Shown: positions 29,719 to 39,006 of the stretch, piece by piece
Numbering within the stretch: the stretch's first letter is position 1
Layout: every line of letters starts with the position of its first letter
Source: Candidatus Omnitrophota bacterium
GTDB lineage: Bacteria; Omnitrophota; Gorgyraeia; Tantalellales; Tantalellaceae
Length of the DNA stretch: 42,203 bases
Direction of reading: 5' to 3'
Assembly: GCA_043823375.1 (NCBI GenBank)
Contig: JBDRAX010000229.1
Span: 1-42,203 of the forward strand
The notes under the pieces: generated by a model
Seen by the model: the letters and a program-made list of their open reading frames with translations, nothing else
The model's database searches: none
What the model was told of the DNA's origin: nothing
Position numbers and translations under genes: made by a program

Positions 29719-31612
29719 TATCTTTTTTCATGTAATGCCTATGCGTTTTAATCTATGGCTCGGGCGGCAGTTCGGGACATTGGTGTATTTAATGAGCGGC
29801 AGGAGGAGTAACATAGCGTACGCTAACCTTAAGGCCGCTTTCCGCGGAGAAAAATCACCGGGAGAGCTGAAACGAGTGACGAAAAATTCGTATAAAAATA
29901 TGGCGCAGGTATTCGTGGAAATAATGTCCATGACCAAGGTCGATAAGGCGTACACGGATAAATATGTGCGTATTAATAATCTGGAGCGTATTGAAACGGC
30001 TTCAAAACACCCGGGAGGGATGATCCTTATTTCCGCGCATTTCGGGAACTGGGAACTCAGCACGGCGACGAGCGCGATAAAAGGGTTCCCCATTTATATG
30101 CTTACCAGAGATCAGAAAATGCGAAGGCTTAATGAGCTTTTGAATACTCTTCGCGAACTTAAGGGAAATCAGGTTATCCGTAAGGGAACGGATGTAAAAA
30201 ATATTTTCAGGGTACTTAAAGAAGGCAAAAGCGTGGGAATGCTCGCGGACCAGAACGCGGGATCGGGAGGAGAACTTATCGAATTTTTCGCGCGGCCCGC
30301 TTCGACGGCTGTCGGGCCTTACCGTATCGCGCAGAAATGCGGGTCTGTCATACTTCCCGCGTTCATCCACAGGGTAAAAGGCCCTTATCAGGAACTTCAG
30401 CTTGAAGAACTGATGTTCCCGCAAAAAGGGGAAGATATTAAACCCTTCATGCTTGAATATAATAAACTGCTGGAAAAACATATAAGGGCGTATCCGGACC
30501 AGTGGTTGTGGATGCATAAAAGGTGGAAATTAACGACTTCAAAAACAATAATGATACTTGATGACGGTAAAAAAGGGCATTTGAACCAGTCTCTCGCTGT
30601 TTTGGAACAGATAAAACGTTACAGAAAAGACGGAGGCTATAAAAGCGGGGATATCCGGGCGGAAATAGTGCCCGTAAGGTTCAAAAACGGGGCAGCGAAG
30701 GTGCTGTTCAACGCGATGAGCTGTTTTTTCTCTTCCGGATGCCAGGGGTGCCTGAAATGCCTGAAAGCCGCGTTAACTCCGGACAGTTATAATGAGGCGG
30801 TCAGCCGTTACGCGGATGTGATCATAAGCTGCGGGTCGTCTTTATTCGGCGTAAACAAAATGCTTAAGATGGAAAATAACGCGAGGAATGTTTCCGTGCT
30901 GGACCCGGGCCGTTTAAACCGCCGCGCTTTTAACCTTGTGATCATGCCGCGGCATGACGGGCGCGGTGGCGGGGCTGAAGCGGAGAATGCGGCCGTTACG
31001 GACCTGGCGCCTAATCTTATAACTCCGGAAAGGCTGAAAGAAGTCAGGGATAATAACCGGGATCTGACAGCCGGTAAAAAATGTATCGGGGTTTTGTTCG
31101 GAGGGGATAACGCCTGTTTCGCTTTTACTGAGGCCTTCGCGGGCAGGATCATGGACGCGATAAAAAAAGCGTGCGCGGAAATGAACGGTAAATATTTTGT
31201 TACTACTTCACGCAGGACACCGGGCGATGTTGACGCCTTTATGGAACGGTCTTCCGTTAAAGACCCCATGTGCTTGAAATTTGTTTCCGGCATTAAAGAT
31301 AAAGACCCAGGGACAGTCGAAAATCTCCTTGCCGTGAGTGATGTCATAGCCGTATCAGGGGAAAGCATATCCATGGTTTCCGAGGCGGTTTCTTCCGGCA
31401 AACCCGTACTGGTTTTTATGCCGGATAAAAAAACAGGGCGGGAAACCAAATATGAAAAGTTCGCCGCGTCATTAAGCGGCAGGGGATTTGTCAGGATAGT
31501 CAGGCCTTCTGACATGGCGGGAGAGATCCGTGACGCGATCACCAGAAAAACCATATTTGCTTTGCCGGAAGATAATGAAAAAATATACGGCAAACTGTAT
31601 AAACTGTTTTAG
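29654..31612 (+). CDS. Lipid A acyltransferase (LpxL/HtrB family) fused to an ELM1/GtrOC1-family domain
   Basis: HFGNWE, ADQ and PDQWLWMHKRWK in the N-terminal part. DGKKGHLNQS, TTSRRTP and SISMVSEAVSSGKPV in the C-terminal part. True start may be TTG 29678 after AAGGAGG. Confidence 0.88.
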   Translation: MLKERRNYLLDLIAAAFVRGLNIFFHVMPMRFNLWLGRQFGTLVYLMSGRRSNIAYANLKAAFRGEKSPGELKRVTKNSYKNMAQVFVEIMSMTKVDKAYTDKYVRINNLERIETASKHPGGMILISAHFGNWELSTATSAIKGFPIYMLTRDQKMRRLNELLNTLRELKGNQVIRKGTDVKNIFRVLKEGKSVGMLADQNAGSGGELIEFFARPASTAVGPYRIAQKCGSVILPAFIHRVKGPYQELQLEELMFPQKGEDIKPFMLEYNKLLEKHIRAYPDQWLWMHKRWKLTTSKTIMILDDGKKGHLNQSLAVLEQIKRYRKDGGYKSGDIRAEIVPVRFKNGAAKVLFNAMSCFFSSGCQGCLKCLKAALTPDSYNEAVSRYADVIISCGSSLFGVNKMLKMENNARNVSVLDPGRLNRRAFNLVIMPRHDGRGGGAEAENAAVTDLAPNLITPERLKEVRDNNRDLTAGKKCIGVLFGGDNACFAFTEAFAGRIMDAIKKACAEMNGKYFVTTSRRTPGDVDAFMERSSVKDPMCLKFVSGIKDKDPGTVENLLAVSDVIAVSGESISMVSEAVSSGKPVLVFMPDKKTGRETKYEKFAASLSGRGFVRIVRPSDMAGEIRDAITRKTIFALPEDNEKIYGKLYKLF

Positions 31613-31691
31613 TTTTTTATGCCGCGGGAATATGCCCGGGCGTATAAGAGGCTGTAACGTAAATTGAAGATCATATCCGGGAAAAGTAAAA

Positions 31692-33797
31692 ATGAATATT
31701 ATGCAGTTATTGCCGGCGCTTAATGTCGGAGGAGTCGAAAAAGGCACTATAGAGATCGCCAGGTATCTCACCCTGAACGGGCATAAATCGGTCGTTGTTT
31801 CAGGCGGTGGCAGGCTGGAAAAGAATCTCGTGGCGACCGGGTCACGGCATTATAAGCTTCCCATCGGAAAAAAAAATCCGTTTATTATGCTTTACTGCTA
31901 TTTTCGTTTATGCGGTATTATCAGGAAAGAGAATATCGATATAGTCCATGGGAGGAGCCGTATACCGGCATTAACGGGTTATTTCGCGTCAAGGTCCACG
32001 CACCGCGCGTTTATTACGACCGCGCACGGCCAATACCGGAAACATTTTATCAGCAGGGTAATGGGGTGGGGTAAAATAGTTATCGTGGCTAATGATATGA
32101 TGGCAAGGTATATGAAGGAAAATTTTGAAGTCCCGTTAAGCAGGATAAGCGTCATCCCCAGGGGCGTGGACCTCGGGAAGTTCAGTTTTATCCCTCCGTC
32201 GGAGAGAAAGAACGCGGAATTTACTGTCGGCATGATATCCAGGTTTACCGCGTTGAAAGGGCACCCTGATTTTCTTGAGGCCGCTTCTTATGCCGCGCGT
32301 AAAATGCGGAATATTAAAGTAATACTCATGGGCGACGCCTCTTCCGCCAAGCCCGAATATATTAAAAAAATAGGCCTGACTATCCGGAGGCTCTTTCCTG
32401 AAGGAGCGGTTGTTTTTAAAAGCAGTGAAGAAGATGTCGCGGAAATCCTCAAACAGATGGATGTTCTTGTTTCCGCTAACAGGGTCCAGGAAGCTTTCGG
32501 CCGTTCGGTTATCGAGGCGCAGGCCAGAGGTACCGTGGTAGTGGCGACTAAAGTCGGCGGAGTCATGGATAACGTGGAGGACGGTGTAACAGGGCTTCTG
32601 TGCGAGAGCGGTAACGCGCGTGACATGGCGGATAAGATAACGAGGCTCGCGCGGGACCGGGCTCTTCGGGAAAAATTAGCTCTTTCCGCGCGGGAAAACG
32701 TGGAAAAAAAATATTCACTGGATAAAATGGCCACTATGACCATGAAAGTATATTCACAGGCGCTTAACACGAAAAAGATCCTTATTTTTAAAATGAGCTC
32801 ACTGGGGGATATTATCCTCAGCACACCTTCAATACGGGCGTTACGGCGGCGTTTTCCCACAGCGAACATTAAAGTGCTTGTCGACGCGCGTTTCAGGGAT
32901 ATTTTTGAAAATTGTCCGTATATAAACGAGGTTATAGCCTGCGATTTCAGGAATAAAGATAAAAAAACAAGTTCGGGGGGAATAGCCTCGCGCCTCCGTT
33001 CGGAGGATTTCGATATTTCGGTCGATCTGCAGAATAACCGCAGGAGCCATCTGCTTTCTTTCCTTAGTTTAATACCTGAGAGATACGGATATGATAACGG
33101 GAAACTCAGTTTTCTGCTTAACAGAAAAATAAGCCTCCCCGGAAAATCCATATGCCCGGTAGACCATCAGGCCCATGTGCTGGGCCTTCTGGGTATAGGG
33201 ATACTGGATAAAAGCCTGGAGGTATCTGTGGATAAAGCGTCGGAGGACTGGGCCGCCGGTTTTCTCCAGAAAAACTGGCTCAAACAGGGGCAGAAACTTG
33301 TGGCGATAAGCTTAGCGGCCAGCAGGCGGTGGGCTACTAAGAACTGGGGCGTATCCTCTTTCGTCGAATTGACTAAAATGCTGGCGGAGAGGAACGGCAT
33401 ACGCGTTATTTTGCTCGGCACGGGAGAAGACCGCGATGAAGCTGATGAATTTCTGGAGCTGTCTGACGCCAAACCCATAGACGCGGTCGGTAAAACGGAT
33501 GTTTCACAGCTTATGGCGCTGATTAAAAAAAGCGACGCTCTTGTTACGGGCGACAGCGCCCCCATGCATATAGCCGCGGCGCTGAATATCCCTTTTGTGT
33601 CTATTTTCGGCCCCACTGATCCGGAAAGGCACTTGCCGCCCTGCGGTAAATGCCGTGTGCTGTATGAAAAAGTCAAATGCGCGCCGTGTTACAGGCCTGA
33701 TTGCCATAAAAATATGGAATGCATGAAGTCTGTTACCCCGGAGCAGGTTTATATCGCGTTAATGGAAATAATGGAACAGGTTTTATGCGGATCCTGA
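31692..33797 (+). CDS. Fused GT4 glycosyltransferase and GT9 heptosyltransferase
   Basis: GGVE and EAFGRSVIEA (GT4); from about 32772 KILIFKMSSLGD, DLQ, DSAPMHIAAA and FGPT (GT9). Confidence 0.88.
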   Translation: MNIMQLLPALNVGGVEKGTIEIARYLTLNGHKSVVVSGGGRLEKNLVATGSRHYKLPIGKKNPFIMLYCYFRLCGIIRKENIDIVHGRSRIPALTGYFASRSTHRAFITTAHGQYRKHFISRVMGWGKIVIVANDMMARYMKENFEVPLSRISVIPRGVDLGKFSFIPPSERKNAEFTVGMISRFTALKGHPDFLEAASYAARKMRNIKVILMGDASSAKPEYIKKIGLTIRRLFPEGAVVFKSSEEDVAEILKQMDVLVSANRVQEAFGRSVIEAQARGTVVVATKVGGVMDNVEDGVTGLLCESGNARDMADKITRLARDRALREKLALSARENVEKKYSLDKMATMTMKVYSQALNTKKILIFKMSSLGDIILSTPSIRALRRRFPTANIKVLVDARFRDIFENCPYINEVIACDFRNKDKKTSSGGIASRLRSEDFDISVDLQNNRRSHLLSFLSLIPERYGYDNGKLSFLLNRKISLPGKSICPVDHQAHVLGLLGIGILDKSLEVSVDKASEDWAAGFLQKNWLKQGQKLVAISLAASRRWATKNWGVSSFVELTKMLAERNGIRVILLGTGEDRDEADEFLELSDAKPIDAVGKTDVSQLMALIKKSDALVTGDSAPMHIAAALNIPFVSIFGPTDPERHLPPCGKCRVLYEKVKCAPCYRPDCHKNMECMKSVTPEQVYIALMEIMEQVLCGS

Positions 33798-34891
33798 TTT
33801 TAACTACACATCTCGATAAAGGAGGCGTAAGCTTCTACGCCCTGAATCTCGCCAGAATACTTAAATCCTCCGGGATTTACGCGGCGGTCGCCTCAGGCGG
33901 CGGGGAACTTGAGGAAGAATTGAGAAAAGCGGGTATAGACCATTATCCTCTGGATATAAGGACAAAATCCGAATTCGGTATTAAAATGTGGAAGGCTCTG
34001 CCTGTCTTAAAGCGTCTTGTCGTAAAAGAGGGTTTTGATCTTATCCACGCGCAGACAAGGGTCGCGCAGGTTCTCGCGGAGCTGTGCGGAAAAAGCCTTT
34101 CCATACCTTTTATTTCAACCTGCCATGGTTTTTTTCGGCACAGGAAGCTGTCGCGGAGACTCTTCCCATGCTGGGGGAAAAAGGTTATAGCGGTGAGTAA
34201 AAGCGTGGAAAAACACCTGGTTTCGGATTTTTACGTTCCATCCGGCGATGTGGAACAGATATATAACGGTATAGGCCTTGACCGTTTTCTTTTCCTGCCG
34301 CCGGGTAAAGACGCCGAAGCGGCGGAGAGAGTGGGAATCAATTCCGACGCGCTGGTTGTAGGGGCTGTGGGAAGGCTTTCTCCGGTTAAAGGATATGAAT
34401 ATCTCGTGGAGGCGTTCAAGGGGTTTTCAGAAACAGAGAAGAGATCCGTCCTTCTTCTGGTAGGGGACGGGCCTGAAAAGTTTAAGCTGTCGAGGCAGAT
34501 ACAAAAACTGGGTATTACGGACAGGGTACGCATGGTTCCAGGAAGCCTCGCGTTGGAAAAATATATGTCGCTGATAGATATATTCTGCATGCCGTCGATC
34601 CATGAAGGGCTGGGGCTTTCGCTTATGGAAGCCATGGCGTCCCGGAGATCATGTGTGGCAAGCGATGTCGGAGGGCTGTCTGAACTTATTGTCAGCGGAG
34701 AGGACGGTATACTTGTGCCGGTTAAAAATGCCGCGGCGCTGGGAGAAGCCATAAAGGCGCTGGCGTATGACCCGGGGCTTCGTGAAAAACTCGCGCGTAA
34801 CGCGAGAGAAAAAGCCGGGAGGGCGTTTTCAATAGAAGACAGCGTAAGGCGTACAGTGGAAGTTTACGAAAGAGTATTAAGAAAATCATAA
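33785..34891 (+). CDS. Glycosyltransferase family 4
   Basis: MRILILTTHL start, GRLSPVKG and EGLGLSLMEAMA (EX7E). Confidence 0.9.
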   Translation: MRILILTTHLDKGGVSFYALNLARILKSSGIYAAVASGGGELEEELRKAGIDHYPLDIRTKSEFGIKMWKALPVLKRLVVKEGFDLIHAQTRVAQVLAELCGKSLSIPFISTCHGFFRHRKLSRRLFPCWGKKVIAVSKSVEKHLVSDFYVPSGDVEQIYNGIGLDRFLFLPPGKDAEAAERVGINSDALVVGAVGRLSPVKGYEYLVEAFKGFSETEKRSVLLLVGDGPEKFKLSRQIQKLGITDRVRMVPGSLALEKYMSLIDIFCMPSIHEGLGLSLMEAMASRRSCVASDVGGLSELIVSGEDGILVPVKNAAALGEAIKALAYDPGLREKLARNAREKAGRAFSIEDSVRRTVEVYERVLRKS

Positions 34892-34977
34892 TACTGAACG
34901 GTATATTTTCGCGCGGCGCGCTTACTGATAACCCGGGATAATAACGGCGGTTTTAAGAGAGAAAGGGGGGAGCTTGT

Positions 34978-36027
34978 ATGGATAGCGGTATAGCGCGGCC
35001 AGGCCGTATTCTTGTCTATGAGCTGAACTGGCTCGGTGATATTCTGTTCTCTTTCCCTTTGCTGCGTACGCTGAGAAACTCTTTTCCCGGAGCGCATATT
35101 TCATGCGCGGTCGTTCCCAGGTATAAAGAACTTCTTGCCAATGTCCCATGGGTTGACAGTGTGTACACTCTGTCTGATAGAACAGGTATTTTTTCGGTTT
35201 TCGAGAAAACCGTATTTATAAGAAAATTGCAGAAAGACAGGTTTGATATGTGTTTTCTGCTTAAACCGTCCAGAACAAAAACCCTTATGGCGGCGATGGC
35301 AGGTATACCCGTAAGGATAGGCTTCGAGGGAAAAAACGCTCCGCTTACGGAACAGGTTGAAATGCCGGAAGAAAAACTTCACCGGGCTGAACAGATACTC
35401 ACGCTCGCGGTACCGGCCGGTATTTCAAGGGCCGAGTCCCATTATGAATATTTTGTTAAAGACGAAGACGTGAAAAAAACCGATAAACTGCTGAGTTCCA
35501 TGGGCGCGGGAAACAGGCGCATAGTAGCGCTTAACCCCGGCGGGAACTGGGGATCAAAACGCTGGCCCGCGGAGAACTTCGTCAAGCTTGCCAGGATGCT
35601 GCTTGAGCGTTTCCCTGACGTGGAAATAATGGTGACAGGCGCGGGAAAAGATCTTTCTCTGGCGTCTGCCATAGCCTCGCGCGCGGGATCTGACAGATGC
35701 TATTCCATGGCAGGGAAAACAGGGTTGAACGAATTAGCGGCACTTTTGAAAAAAAGCGCGCTTATGATAAGCGCTGATTCCGGCCCTCTGCATCTGGCTT
35801 CCGCGGTAGGCGCTACTACAATAGCTATCTTCGGCCCCACATCCTGGAAGATCACAGGGCCGCGCGGAACAGGCAAAAGTATTATATTGTCCAAAAAAGT
35901 TTCCTGCGAGATACCGTGTTATGAAGCTGTCTGCGGAAAGGATTACGAGTGTATGCGTTTAATAACGGCCGAAGAAGTATTTAAAGCGGCTGAACTTGAA
36001 CTCTTATCTCAGGATGAGCGGCAATGA
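34978..36027 (+). CDS. GT9 lipopolysaccharide heptosyltransferase (WaaF-like)
   Basis: NWLGD, NPGGNWGSKRWP, DSGPLHLA and FGPT. Confidence 0.88.
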   Translation: MDSGIARPGRILVYELNWLGDILFSFPLLRTLRNSFPGAHISCAVVPRYKELLANVPWVDSVYTLSDRTGIFSVFEKTVFIRKLQKDRFDMCFLLKPSRTKTLMAAMAGIPVRIGFEGKNAPLTEQVEMPEEKLHRAEQILTLAVPAGISRAESHYEYFVKDEDVKKTDKLLSSMGAGNRRIVALNPGGNWGSKRWPAENFVKLARMLLERFPDVEIMVTGAGKDLSLASAIASRAGSDRCYSMAGKTGLNELAALLKKSALMISADSGPLHLASAVGATTIAIFGPTSWKITGPRGTGKSIILSKKVSCEIPCYEAVCGKDYECMRLITAEEVFKAAELELLSQDERQ

Positions 36028-36986
36028 AAGATATAAAAACCATATTATTGATCACGTTAAATAATCTCGGGGACATAATATTGACGACGCCGGTCCTGGA
36101 AAGGCTATCATCCTTATTCCCAGAGGCCCGGATAGATGTTATTACCGGAGAACCGGGAAAGGCTGTTTTTTCCGGGCATCACGCGGTGCGTGAAGTTAAT
36201 ACACATAGACGCGGAAATTTGCGCCGGCGCGTGGAACAGATAATCATGCTCAGAAAAATGAAATATGACGTTGTCGTTGATCTTAAAAACTCCCTTCTGC
36301 CGTACCTGGCCGGGGCGAAATACCATTCCGGCCTTTTTCGGCCGCGCTATTCCGGGCCGCGGCACAAGGTTTTTGAACATCTTTCGAAACTTTCATTCAT
36401 CGATAAAAATGCCGCGTATGGAGAACCGGTTTTTTTTATCCCGGTTACGGAAGAAGACCGCCGCTTTGCCGGCGGTATAACGTCGGATAAACGCGGAAAG
36501 ATTGTCATCATAAACCCCGGAGCTAAAAGCCACCTCAAAAGATGGCCGGCTGTTAAATACGCGGCCCTCGCGGACAGGCTTATTTCGGAATTGAAGTGTG
36601 AAGTTATCATTACCGGGAACGAAGATGATAAAGACACCGTAAAAGAGTGTCTGTCCCGGATAAAGGGAAAGGTTGAGGACCTTTCTTGTAAAACCACTCT
36701 TGGCGCGCTGTACCAGCTTATGAAAACCGCTGACCTGGTTATCACGAACGACAGCGCGCCTCTTCATGTCGCCGGTGCCGCCGGCACCCCTGTTATCGCT
36801 CTTTTCGGGCCTACGGATGAAAAAAAATACGGCCCGTTGTCACGTAAGAGCGCTGTTATCAAGCCGCCTGTTCCATGCCGGCCCTGCGGGAAGGCCCTGT
36901 GCGGTAAGGGGCCCGCTGAAGGCTGTATAGCGGGCATTGAAAGCGGAGAAGTTTTAGAAGAAGCGAAGAGGCTGCTTCAGGGATAA
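36024..36986 (+). CDS. GT9 family heptosyltransferase
   Basis: NNLGD, NPGA..KRWP, NDSAPLHVA and FGPT. Confidence 0.87.
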   Translation: MKDIKTILLITLNNLGDIILTTPVLERLSSLFPEARIDVITGEPGKAVFSGHHAVREVNTHRRGNLRRRVEQIIMLRKMKYDVVVDLKNSLLPYLAGAKYHSGLFRPRYSGPRHKVFEHLSKLSFIDKNAAYGEPVFFIPVTEEDRRFAGGITSDKRGKIVIINPGAKSHLKRWPAVKYAALADRLISELKCEVIITGNEDDKDTVKECLSRIKGKVEDLSCKTTLGALYQLMKTADLVITNDSAPLHVAGAAGTPVIALFGPTDEKKYGPLSRKSAVIKPPVPCRPCGKALCGKGPAEGCIAGIESGEVLEEAKRLLQG

Positions 36987-36990
36987 AAGG

Positions 36991-37512
36991 ATGGGGATGG
37001 GCAGGATCACAATTAAAAAGGGAGATATTACGCGGGAAGAAGTTGACGTGATCGTTAACGCCGCGAATACGGGATTGAGGGGCGGGGGAGGCGTTGACGG
37101 AGCGATCCACAGGGCAGCCGGGCCTTCCGTGATGGATGAATGCGGGAGGATCGGAGGGTGTAAGACCGGGGAAGCCGTGATCACAGGCGCCGGAGATCTG
37201 AAGGCCGGAAAGATCATTCATACTCCCGGGCCCGTATGGCGGGGAGGCGGGAACGGCGAGCCTGAACTTTTAAGAAAATGTTACGAGAATAGCCTGAAAC
37301 TGGCGAAGCAAAACTTTCTGCGGACAATAGCCTTCCCATGCATAAGTACGGGAGTTTACGGCTATCCCGTCGAAAAGGCGGCGGTAATAGCGCTGAAAGC
37401 GGGCATTGAATTCGCGGATAGTTTTGATGATATACGCTATATATGTTTTTCGGGCCAGGATTTACGCGTGTATCAACGGGTTTACATGGAAATGACGGGA
37501 AAAAATAAATAG
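36991..37512 (+). CDS. Macrodomain O-acetyl-ADP-ribose deacetylase / ADP-ribose hydrolase (YmdB-like)
   Basis: GDIT, VNAAN, GGGGVDGAIHRAAG, GPVW and AFPCISTGVYGYP. Confidence 0.93.
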   Translation: MGMGRITIKKGDITREEVDVIVNAANTGLRGGGGVDGAIHRAAGPSVMDECGRIGGCKTGEAVITGAGDLKAGKIIHTPGPVWRGGGNGEPELLRKCYENSLKLAKQNFLRTIAFPCISTGVYGYPVEKAAVIALKAGIEFADSFDDIRYICFSGQDLRVYQRVYMEMTGKNK

Positions 37513-37552
37513 TTCACGCCGGCGGGGGACAAAAGGCGCGTGACGCCTGCAT

Positions 37553-38614
37553 ATGAATATGGAAAAAACGCCAGAGAAAAAACACATGGGACGTATACTC
37601 ATAACACGCACAGACCGTTTGGGGGATGTAGTGCTTTCCACGCCTGTTATACGTTATTTCCGGGAGCGATACCCGGACGCGTATATAGCCTTCATGGTCA
37701 GGCCGGAGAATAAAGGGGTAGTGATGAATAACCCGCATCTTGATGAGGTGATAACATATGATAAATACGGGGCGCATAAGAGTTTCCTGGATACGGTGAA
37801 ATTTTCATTCGCGTTAAGGTCCCGCGCTTTCGATACGGTTATTATCCTTCATCCCACCAACCGCGACCATATGATCGCGTTCCTCGCCGGGATCCCACGG
37901 AGGATCGGTTACGACAGAAAGATGGGATTTCTTCTGACCGACAGGGTTCGGCATTTGAAACACGAAGGCGATATGCATGAAGCGCGGTATAATTTTAAAT
38001 TGCTGGAAGAAGCCGGATTTGAAGTCGGAGAGCCGGATATAAAGCCTTACATAATTACCGCGCCTGAAGATAAACAAATAGTTGACCGTGTTATGAAAGA
38101 CTTCGGGATACGTGAAGATTTTGTGGCGATACATGCCGGAGCGAGCTGTATTTCGAAACGATGGGAAGCCGGCAGGTTCGCGAAAGTAGCGGATGTTATC
38201 GCGTCTAAATACGCGGTGGATATTGTGCTTGTCGGAGGAGATGAAACCGCGGCGTACAGTTCCGAAGTAGTGTCGGGCATGGTTAACAAGGCGATAGATC
38301 TGACCGGAGTACTTCTTCTCAGCGAACTCGCGGAGCTTCTTTCAAGAGCGAAGCTTTTTATTTCCAATGATTCCGGCCCGGTACATGTCGCGGTGGGTTC
38401 CGGCACTCCGGTCATAAGCATTTTCGGGCGCAAAGACCCCGGTCTTTCTCCCAAAAGGTGGGGCCCCCTTGGCGAAAAAGATAAAGTGGTACACAAAGAC
38501 GCCGGGTGCCGTATTTGCCTGGCCCATAACTGTGAAAAAAACTTTTCCTGCCTGAAAGCCGTTACGCCGGAAGAAGTTATAGAAGCGGCTGAAGTTTTGC
38601 TCAACACTAAATAG
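37553..38614 (+). CDS. GT9 family heptosyltransferase
   Basis: RTDRLGDVVLSTP, HAGAS..KRW and NDSGPVHVA; alternative start 37586. Confidence 0.88.
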   Translation: MNMEKTPEKKHMGRILITRTDRLGDVVLSTPVIRYFRERYPDAYIAFMVRPENKGVVMNNPHLDEVITYDKYGAHKSFLDTVKFSFALRSRAFDTVIILHPTNRDHMIAFLAGIPRRIGYDRKMGFLLTDRVRHLKHEGDMHEARYNFKLLEEAGFEVGEPDIKPYIITAPEDKQIVDRVMKDFGIREDFVAIHAGASCISKRWEAGRFAKVADVIASKYAVDIVLVGGDETAAYSSEVVSGMVNKAIDLTGVLLLSELAELLSRAKLFISNDSGPVHVAVGSGTPVISIFGRKDPGLSPKRWGPLGEKDKVVHKDAGCRICLAHNCEKNFSCLKAVTPEEVIEAAEVLLNTK

Positions 38615-38622
38615 CCCCGCTC

Positions 38623-38650
38623 CCGCCTGCTGCAGGCTGCGGATCTTTTT
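38623..38650 (+). terminator. Possible intrinsic terminator after the LPS block
   Basis: GCCTG-CTG-CAGGC hairpin followed within about 8 nt by TTTTT; geometry is imperfect. Confidence 0.35.
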
Positions 38651-39006
38651 ATGCCAGCCTGACAGATCCTGAACTTGATTTATGATGGGCAAAGATATAG
38701 ACTATAACAGAAATATAATGAAGCAGGCATTTAGAAATGTAATGGGGGAAGGTATCGATGTATGATTTTTGTTAGCGTGGCCCCATTTTATCGATTATGA
38801 CAGCACAGGGATGCCGGGGATCAATTTGAATTGATATAAAAAAAGGCAGCCCTAAGAAGAAAAAAGTGTCCTTATTTTATGTCGGGCCATGGAGCGGGAA
38901 TGCCGAACTACGAGACAAGTGATCTTAACGTGAAATGGAACAGGAAAACATGATAATTATTTTTTTCTGTTGATTCTGGCGCGGAAGGATACACAGGGAG
39001 ATAAAA

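Noticed and set aside
38682-38765. 27-aa ORF MMGKDIDYNRNIMKQAFRNVMGEGIDV, possibly a gene remnant
   Set aside because: No RBS and too short to assign by eye; a tBLASTx search would be needed.
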